A stretch of DNA of 64,000 bases from Armatimonadota bacterium (lineage in GTDB: Bacteria; Armatimonadota; SYMT01), in contig JAWLHY010000008.1 of the NCBI GenBank assembly GCA_041690135.1, positions 160,001 to 224,000 of the forward strand. The letters are read 5' to 3'. Position 1 is the first letter of the stretch, and every line of letters begins with the position of its first letter. Under the pieces are notes generated by a model. It was not told where the DNA came from and made no database searches. It was given only the letters and a program-made list of their open reading frames with translations. Shown in pieces: positions 57,561-64,000 of the stretch. A program made the position numbers and the translations under genes.

Positions 57561-58424
57561 CTACCGGAAGCCACCACCGCCCTGCCGGTCGTAACCGAGG
57601 CGCTCCATCAACGGACCCGCCAGCGCGTCGATGGCCCGCTTATCTTCATCGCTCAACCGGGCGATGCTCTTGGCGTTGAGGTTCTGGAGACCCGTGGTGC
57701 TGCCGTCGATGCTGTGCGCACTCACCTCGCCGAAAAGTTTCCGGTCGAACGGCTGGGCGAGGTTGAGAAACTTCTCCATCCGCGTCAGCGTGCCTTCCGG
57801 CTCGCCCGTCAATTCCTCGTAGGTGAAGAAGAAGGACTGGTCGAGCTTCTCCAGGTCGGTCAGCAGGATCTCCATGCAGGTCGCCCAATGACGGGCCGCG
57901 GTTTCAATGTCGCAGTCCATGCGGCGCCGGATTCCCTCGCAGGTGGCGTAAGGATGCCGTACGATGGAGACGAACTTCGCCGGGCGGAAATAGCGCTGCA
58001 GCCAGCGAGAGCGGATGGTGTTCGGTGGGCTCTTTTCCAGAAGATAACCGGAACGCCGGGGGTAGTGCCGCGCCCAGTCGAACTTGGCGCGGTCCGCGGG
58101 CCAGACGTCGTCTTCCTCGGTCCAGCGGAATACATCGAGCTGCAGGCTCCAGAGGCGGACGGCGTCGATCCGGAACGGACACGGCAGGCCTTTGGTCAGG
58201 TGGTGCCCTTCTTTAGGCAGTCCGCGGATCTCCGGATGCTCTTGAAGGAGGTTGCTGAGGAGGGTGGTGCCGGAGTTGTTGGGTCCCAGGATGAACAGCC
58301 ACCCATATTTTGGATCCACTCCCAGCCGCCGGTCGAGCCAGGCGCTGCGGCCGCCATTCACCATACCCGTCGCCGTCCAGCAAAGACGGTCCACGGGGCG
58401 AAGCTTGCTGATATTGATGCCCAT
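57561..58424 (-). CDS. Sulfotransferase family protein
   Basis: FILGPNNSGTTLL (5'-PSB loop), LEKSP, IVRHP and TYEEL. Confidence 0.88.
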   Translation of the reverse strand: MGINISKLRPVDRLCWTATGMVNGGRSAWLDRRLGVDPKYGWLFILGPNNSGTTLLSNLLQEHPEIRGLPKEGHHLTKGLPCPFRIDAVRLWSLQLDVFRWTEEDDVWPADRAKFDWARHYPRRSGYLLEKSPPNTIRSRWLQRYFRPAKFVSIVRHPYATCEGIRRRMDCDIETAARHWATCMEILLTDLEKLDQSFFFTYEELTGEPEGTLTRMEKFLNLAQPFDRKLFGEVSAHSIDGSTTGLQNLNAKSIARLSDEDKRAIDALAGPLMERLGYDRQGGGGFR

Positions 58425-58601
58425 AGCTGCCCGGTGTACCGGCCGAGCCCCCAAACAGCGGAAGCAAGCGGCCATTAGAAGTCCCAATCGGGCAAGTATA
58501 CTGCGGTCGCCACATCGGCGTAAAGAAGGAGCGCCGACTACCGCCTGTTGAAGCATTCCGTGTATCCGGTCCGATGAGCGCGCCGCACGAAAGGAACCAC
58601 C

Positions 58602-59807
58602 ATGTCCGAACGATTTGAGAACGAAGCTAATTCAACTCGGACTTCTCGCCGCACGCTGCTGCAAGCCGGCGGCGGAGCCCTGGCGGCTGCCGGCGCCGGT
58701 TTGCTATCTTCCCCAAGCCCGGCGACCGCTCAAGCCGCGGCGGAACTTCAGGAAGAGTGGCGCAACCGCCGAACCGGAATGGCCTATCGCCGGCTGGGCC
58801 GCACGGGGATGATGATCTCCGAGGTGGTGTGTGGCGGCGATCCCATCGCCAGCGACAACTACCGCCACATCGAGATCGCGTTCGAGATGGGCCTCAACTA
58901 TCTCGACATGGCGCCGCAGTACGGCCAAGGTGATTGCGAGCGGGCCTATGGAAAGTTGCTGTCGACCACTTCGGTCAAGCGCGACCAGGTGTTCCTTACC
59001 ACCAAGGCCAGCGGTTTCACCCAGTTCCGAGAGCGGATGTACCAGGACATTTTCAAGGGTCTCCCCGGCGAGAAACAGTCCGCCATCCTCAAGCGCGCGG
59101 AGGAGATGCGCCACGAGCGCGCCGTTGAGAAGCCCGGTTACTACCTCACCTACTTCCCGAACCAGCAGAAGCAGTTCGACCCCGCGTACGTCCGGGTGTC
59201 GATGATGCAGGACTATGCGCACAAGGTGGAGGGAAGCCCAGAGTTGCGGAAGTACATCACGGAGTCGCTGGAAGGCAGCTTGAAGCGGGTGGGGACCGAC
59301 CACTTCGACCTGCTGATGTGCCCGCACGGCGCGAATACCCCGGAAGAGCTGCAGTGCGCCGAGATCATCGAGACGTTCCGCCGGCTGAAACAGCAGGGGA
59401 AGGTCCGCTTCCTTGGGGTGACGGCCCACAACGATCCCGCCGGGATCCTCCGCACGGCCGCCGACCTGGGACATTATGACGCCGTGATGATGGCGTATAA
59501 CGTCATCAACGGCGGTTACGTGGAGGACGCCATCCGGCACGCGCACAGCCGGGGCGTGGGGGTGATCGCGATGAAGGCGGCGCACGCCGTGGCCACGCAT
59601 CACAAGGCGCTCCAGCCGGTTCCCTCCTGGAGGATCGAGAAGATCCACCGGATCATCCCTGGAGAGATGAAAGCGCCCGTGAAGGCGTACCTCTGGGCAC
59701 TCCAGAACCCGCACATCTCCGCCGTGATTTCCAACCTGTGGGACGAGAGTTACATCCGCGAGAACCTGGCCATCGCAGGCAAGAAGGTTGAGCTCCAGCA
59801 CGCCTGA
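58602..59807 (+). CDS. Tat-exported aldo/keto reductase
   Basis: SRRTLL Tat motif; YRRLGRTG, GLNYLDMAPQYG, SLKRVGTD, GKVRFLG and GVIAMK. Confidence 0.9.
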   Translation: MSERFENEANSTRTSRRTLLQAGGGALAAAGAGLLSSPSPATAQAAAELQEEWRNRRTGMAYRRLGRTGMMISEVVCGGDPIASDNYRHIEIAFEMGLNYLDMAPQYGQGDCERAYGKLLSTTSVKRDQVFLTTKASGFTQFRERMYQDIFKGLPGEKQSAILKRAEEMRHERAVEKPGYYLTYFPNQQKQFDPAYVRVSMMQDYAHKVEGSPELRKYITESLEGSLKRVGTDHFDLLMCPHGANTPEELQCAEIIETFRRLKQQGKVRFLGVTAHNDPAGILRTAADLGHYDAVMMAYNVINGGYVEDAIRHAHSRGVGVIAMKAAHAVATHHKALQPVPSWRIEKIHRIIPGEMKAPVKAYLWALQNPHISAVISNLWDESYIRENLAIAGKKVELQHA

Positions 59808-59814
59808 TCCCGCA

Positions 59815-61197
59815 TTAGAGGACACCAATGGCGTGCAGGAAGACGGCGGTCACCCCCAGAGGGACCAGATAACGGAGGAGCTGTACCCAACCCCAGTAGA
59901 GGCGCGCGAACCGGGTGCCCGCCTTGAAGCCCTGTTCGCGCGCCTCGCCGCCGACCCGCCAGGCCACGAACAAGGCGATTCCCAGGCCGCCCAGGGGAAG
60001 CAGCCAGTTACTGGCCAGGTAGTCGAAGAAATCGAACCAGTTCTTCCCCTGGCCCTCCCCAAACAACGCCGCGGTCAGCCCGGCGAACCGCTCCCCGAAC
60101 AGTTCCGTCCCGCCGCTGAGTGCCGCTGGTATACCCATCAGGAAGATCGCCACGCCGCACGTTACGGAGGCCCGGGTCCGGTGCCAGCCGCGCTGGTCGA
60201 TCAGGTAACTCACCGCCACCTCCAGCAAGGAGATGGCGCTGGTCAGTGCGGCAAAGGTCAGAAGAGAGAAGAAGATAAAGGACCACAGCATACCTCCCGG
60301 CATGCGTGAGAAGGCGATGGGCAGGCTCACAAAGACCAGCCCCGGCCCGGCCGAGGGTTCCATGCCGTAGGTGAAGAGGATAGGAAAGAACACCAGGCAC
60401 GCCATCAGCGCCACCAGGGTATCGATGAGACCAATGGTGAGGGATGTGGAAACCAGGTCGTCGTTCCGCCGGAGGTAGCTCCCGTAGGTGATCATCGCCC
60501 CCAAGCCCAGACTCAGGGAGAAGAACGCGTGCCCCAGCGCTTCCAGAACGGCGGCGGCATCGAGATCCGCCGCGTGTGGGCCAAAGACGAACGCCACGGC
60601 CTGCCCGAACCCACGCCCGGTGGCCGCCCGGACCAGGAGGGCGACCATCATCAGGAGCAGCAGCGGCATCAGGATCCGCGCCCACCGCTCCACCCCTTGC
60701 TGCACCCCGCCAATCACGATGGCGATAGTTAGCCCCATGAACACGGCGTGCCAGAACAGGGAAAGGCCGGCATTTCCATAGACGCGGTCGAACAGGCTCG
60801 TGATTTCCGGCGCTGTCTGTCCCGCGAAGCCTACGGAAAGGGAAAGCCACGCGTAGTGCATCGCCCAGCCCGCCACCACGCTGTAGTAAGAGAGCACGAC
60901 GAACGCGGCGATGACCCCCAGCCAACCGACCACCACCCACGGACTACCCGGACGGGCCAGCGCCTGGAAGGCGCCGACGGGTGAGCGCTGTGCCGTGCGG
61001 CCAATGAAGATCTCGGCCATCATGATCGGCAGTCCGACGACCGCGATACACAGCAGATAGATCAATACGAACCACCCGCCGCCGTTTTCGCCCGTGATAT
61101 AGGGGAATTTCCAAATGTTGCCAAGACCGACCGCCGAGCCGGCCGCCGCGAGGATGAAACCGAGGTTGCTTCTCCAGTGAACTCGTTGCTGCTCCAT
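59815..61197 (-). CDS. Sodium-dependent transporter (NSS/SNF family)
   Basis: GFILAAAGSAVGLGNIWKFPY..GENGGG, AFFSLSLG, ITYGSY, GPGLVF and AALTSAISLLE. Confidence 0.95.
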   Translation of the reverse strand: MEQQRVHWRSNLGFILAAAGSAVGLGNIWKFPYITGENGGGWFVLIYLLCIAVVGLPIMMAEIFIGRTAQRSPVGAFQALARPGSPWVVVGWLGVIAAFVVLSYYSVVAGWAMHYAWLSLSVGFAGQTAPEITSLFDRVYGNAGLSLFWHAVFMGLTIAIVIGGVQQGVERWARILMPLLLLMMVALLVRAATGRGFGQAVAFVFGPHAADLDAAAVLEALGHAFFSLSLGLGAMITYGSYLRRNDDLVSTSLTIGLIDTLVALMACLVFFPILFTYGMEPSAGPGLVFVSLPIAFSRMPGGMLWSFIFFSLLTFAALTSAISLLEVAVSYLIDQRGWHRTRASVTCGVAIFLMGIPAALSGGTELFGERFAGLTAALFGEGQGKNWFDFFDYLASNWLLPLGGLGIALFVAWRVGGEAREQGFKAGTRFARLYWGWVQLLRYLVPLGVTAVFLHAIGVL

Positions 61198-61353
61198 ATG
61201 GGCACTATACCCAGCCTGATCGGATCGCTTGGAGGTTGACATGGTCCGTGGCTGGGGAGGTACCGGGCGGAGGGAGAAATGGAACGACAACGCCCGGCAA
61301 TACGCGGCCACGATTGGGAAACTTCCCCGAACCGGCACCGGCTGCTGTTCAAG

Positions 61354-61533
61354 ATGTTTGCCACGATCCTGGGCAGCCTGTTCTACGCGGCCCTGGTATT
61401 TCTGGCCATGGCGGCGGTTCCGCCCGGGTGGACCACTTTCACCGGCGTGGCCGCGTACGTGCTCTACCTGGCGATCCTGGGAGTGCTCCTCTGGGACGAG
61501 ATCCGCCGGAGACGCAGCCGTCGCCGTACCTGA
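61354..61533 (+). CDS. Possible small 2-TM membrane protein
   Basis: Two clean hydrophobic helices followed by an Arg-rich tail (WDEIRRRRSRRRT). Confidence 0.5.
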   Translation: MFATILGSLFYAALVFLAMAAVPPGWTTFTGVAAYVLYLAILGVLLWDEIRRRRSRRRT

Positions 61534-61640
61534 ACGGCCATCGCGGCGACCTACGGCGCGGTTGATAGGGTGGGGTAGGGGTGCGATGAAAGAGGGGGAG
61601 AAGAAGCCGCCGTTCTGTAACTGGCGGCAAGCACCAGGGC

Positions 61641-62207
61641 TTATGGATCCTGGCTCATTTGCTCAAGGCGGCTTACAATTCCCTCTCGCCGCTGGTGGTA
61701 GACGGCTTCCGCCTTCCGGAAGGCGGAAGCGCTGGAGATGCTCGAAGCCCCGCCCGTGGCAAATATCACCGCCAGAGTGAGAAACAGAAGCACGAAAGCA
61801 CCCGCGATCAGGAGCAGAACGGTCGGGGCACCATACTGTTTTGCCACTACCAGCCCGACGATTCCGATCAGTGCGACGCTTCCCGACATGGCGGCGCCCC
61901 CCACGCCCGCGCAGCCTGAAATGGCTGTCTCCGCTCCGGTACCGGGGTTGCCGCCATACTTCTCACGCTCGATGAGCCACTCCCGGTCCAGGCGTTCCAG
62001 CTCGTTCTGCAGACGAAGCAACTCTAAATTACCCGCCATGACCCTCGTGTGGCTGCTAATTTGCTCGAGCACTTCCGTATACACGGCATTCCCCGTGTGG
62101 ACCACCTTGAGGCGGCTGCCGCAGTGACCGCAGGTGAGGAAGCTCATTCCCGTGGGAACGTCGAGGGGAGCGCCGCAATGGCCGCAGGTGAGGGCCCGGA
62201 TGTTCAT
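61641..62207 (-). CDS. Zinc-ribbon membrane protein
   Basis: LTCGHCGAPL...TCGHCGS; LQNELERLDREW coiled coil; two C-terminal TMs. Confidence 0.8.
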   Translation of the reverse strand: MNIRALTCGHCGAPLDVPTGMSFLTCGHCGSRLKVVHTGNAVYTEVLEQISSHTRVMAGNLELLRLQNELERLDREWLIEREKYGGNPGTGAETAISGCAGVGGAAMSGSVALIGIVGLVVAKQYGAPTVLLLIAGAFVLLFLTLAVIFATGGASSISSASAFRKAEAVYHQRREGIVSRLEQMSQDP

Positions 62208-62423
62208 GGTCTGGCTGTTAGCGCTAACTGCGATCTCGGACTGTTAGAAGAGCCGAGTAGCGTTTGCCCCTACTCGTTTAACGCCCCGGATTGCCAGCCG
62301 GTTGCGTGTGGAGTTACTGAACGGGAAGTTTCGAAGCACGTAACCGGCGCGTTTGACATCCGTTTCTTCCTTTGGCTGCGGGCGCGGCCATGCCGACGAA
62401 GGTTTTTGAGGGATGCGGCGACC

Positions 62424-63731
62424 ATGCGCAAAGAGAGAGTGCTAACCGCGGCCGCGACGCTCATGGTCGTGGGTCTCCTCGGGTTGGGGTCCGCGATGTG
62501 GGCGTTCGCGGAGCCGCCCTGGCAGCGGTTCCAGGATGGATCGCAGGCACGCCTGGAGGGAATCACCATCGGCAAAGCTCACGCCGTGGTGCCCGGACCC
62601 AACTGGCGGAAGGAAGTTTGCAGATTGTTTCCAACAGTACCGGCAGTCCGGCCGCGTTGGACACCCACCGTCATCAACACCCCAGCGGACACCACCCTTT
62701 TCTGGGTGCTGCGCCAGAACCAGCCGGGCGGGCCGCACCGTGAAGAGCGAGTGACGGTGGCCGACGAGCATGGTTGTGAATCGCAGGCCGTTTCGCAGAG
62801 CCTGGAGACTGCGCCGGAACCGTTCTCTTCAGGTCGGGTGCTGTGTGCCTACGAAGCGCGAGCCTTTCCACGCCGCGGGGATCGGCTGTTCTTGCGGTTC
62901 TACGAGCGCAGTGGGGGTGGGCCCTGGGAGAAGACCGGCCAGTTGGCCGCGGGAAACCCGAACCCGGGTCGCTACCCTGCCTGGACGCCTCATCCCCTCC
63001 CACAGGAGCGTGAGAGCGAAGGGACCTCGTTTACACTCACCCGGTTGATCACCGACGTCAAACCGGGTCGAACCCTGCAGGCCGCCAGCGAGGGAGAAGA
63101 GGCGTTTACCCTGGCGCGCTTTCGGATCACCCGGAATGGGAGGGTTCAGCGCCACTGGCAGCCCGTTCGCGTGCGAGTAAGCGATGCGGCCGGCAACGAT
63201 TGGCAATGCTTCTGCTACGACCCGGACCCCGTGGGCGACGAGCAAGAGATTCTGCTGGGAGAACAGTTGTGGTCGGATGAAAGCGCGTGGAAGCTGAAGG
63301 TCGAGTTCCAACGGTCCAGTGCCTTTTTGCCGGAAGAAATGTGGACGGTCCGCAACGTTCCGGTGCCCGCCGGACCCCACCGGAACACGTTTCCGGGTGA
63401 AAGCACGGTTCGCTTCCAGCGGCGAATCGAGCTCCGGAGGGTAGCAGGCGCCTACGCGAACGACCCGCAAGACTACACCGGCTTGGGGTTCCCGGAACCC
63501 AGCGTGCATGTACGCATGGCCGGGACCGGCGAAGGAGTGCGAGTCCTCCTTTGGAAAGTCCGGGAGCAATGCGGAAGTTTGTTGAAGGTCGGCCGCACCT
63601 ACGCCGACAACCAGGGGCGCTTCTCCTGGGCTGTGCCGGATGCCCGGCCCGGAAGCCGGGTGAACCTGACCTTCGCCATCCAGAAGACCCGCAGCGTGGA
63701 GTACCTGGCTGCGCCAGAATGGCTGCACTGA
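62424..63731 (+). CDS. Hypothetical exported or membrane-anchored protein
   Basis: N-terminal hydrophobic signal MRKERVLTAAATLMVVGLLGLG; long beta-rich ORF. Confidence 0.7.
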   Translation: MRKERVLTAAATLMVVGLLGLGSAMWAFAEPPWQRFQDGSQARLEGITIGKAHAVVPGPNWRKEVCRLFPTVPAVRPRWTPTVINTPADTTLFWVLRQNQPGGPHREERVTVADEHGCESQAVSQSLETAPEPFSSGRVLCAYEARAFPRRGDRLFLRFYERSGGGPWEKTGQLAAGNPNPGRYPAWTPHPLPQERESEGTSFTLTRLITDVKPGRTLQAASEGEEAFTLARFRITRNGRVQRHWQPVRVRVSDAAGNDWQCFCYDPDPVGDEQEILLGEQLWSDESAWKLKVEFQRSSAFLPEEMWTVRNVPVPAGPHRNTFPGESTVRFQRRIELRRVAGAYANDPQDYTGLGFPEPSVHVRMAGTGEGVRVLLWKVREQCGSLLKVGRTYADNQGRFSWAVPDARPGSRVNLTFAIQKTRSVEYLAAPEWLH

Positions 63732-63734
63732 TGG

Positions 63735-64000
63735 TCAACCGGCGGAGTAGGCGGCTTCCACACGGTCCATCCAGCGCTGAACCTGGAGGGCGTCCTGGTA
63801 GGTAGCGCCGACCGGCACCGGTTCCAGCCCGCGGACGACCCGGCAGAAGCAGCGCAACTCGGAGGCCATCATGCCGGTGGGGCCGCTCGGGTCGGCGCGG
63901 ATCTCCAGGGCCATGGGCCAGAGGGCCCTTTCGTCCCATACTTCGATGGGACGCGGGTTCATCCGCATCCGGGCCGCCCAGCCGTCCCCGAACAACTCGA
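63735..64000 (-). CDS. C-terminal part of a probable Gfo/Idh/MocA oxidoreductase (5' end outside the window)
   Basis: ELRCFCRVVRG..PVPVGATYQDALQVQRWMDRVE resembles Gfo/Idh/MocA C-termini. Confidence 0.55.
   Translation of the reverse strand, partial: ELFGDGWAARMRMNPRPIEVWDERALWPMALEIRADPSGPTGMMASELRCFCRVVRGLEPVPVGATYQDALQVQRWMDRVEAAYSAG

Overview
GC-rich bacterial chromosomal window with about 60 genes and no rRNA, tRNA, CRISPR array or transposase. A Firmicutes/Chloroflexi-style nusA-ylxR-infB-ylxP-rbfA-DHH-truB-ribF operon sits alongside Planctomycete-type DUF1501/DUF1553 genes and Uma2 genes; this mix suggests Armatimonadota (inference only). The first 10 kb holds a partial SBBP beta-propeller gene and the translation operon, which lacks rimP and ylxQ but keeps a clear sigma70 promoter and a rimP-leader-like hairpin. 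The best candidate for an undescribed system is a tightly coupled seven-gene operon at 10178-15366 (minus strand). It encodes two conserved hypotheticals, a DUF6754-like protein, three further membrane proteins and a CysL/YeiE-type LysR regulator, and has a perfect ATA-N9-TAT palindrome just downstream of its TATAAT box. Two of its subunits look like topologically inverted counterparts. The rest is a metabolic and accessory patchwork: purB, creatininase, crcB, a membrane-anchored MutS-like ATPase with a degenerate duplicate 5' end flanking a Uma2 gene, four DUF1501 paralogs, two metallothionein-like mini-proteins, an Mph-like kinase, PqaA, HOT, a Snf2-SWIM pair, purM, ybaK, MarR with an ABA4 fusion, a DUF1549/1553 cytochrome and an NSS transporter. 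Degenerate 7-8 bp tandem repeats are scattered through intergenic DNA, and some lie in-frame inside genes. All family assignments come from motif recognition by eye, not database searches.
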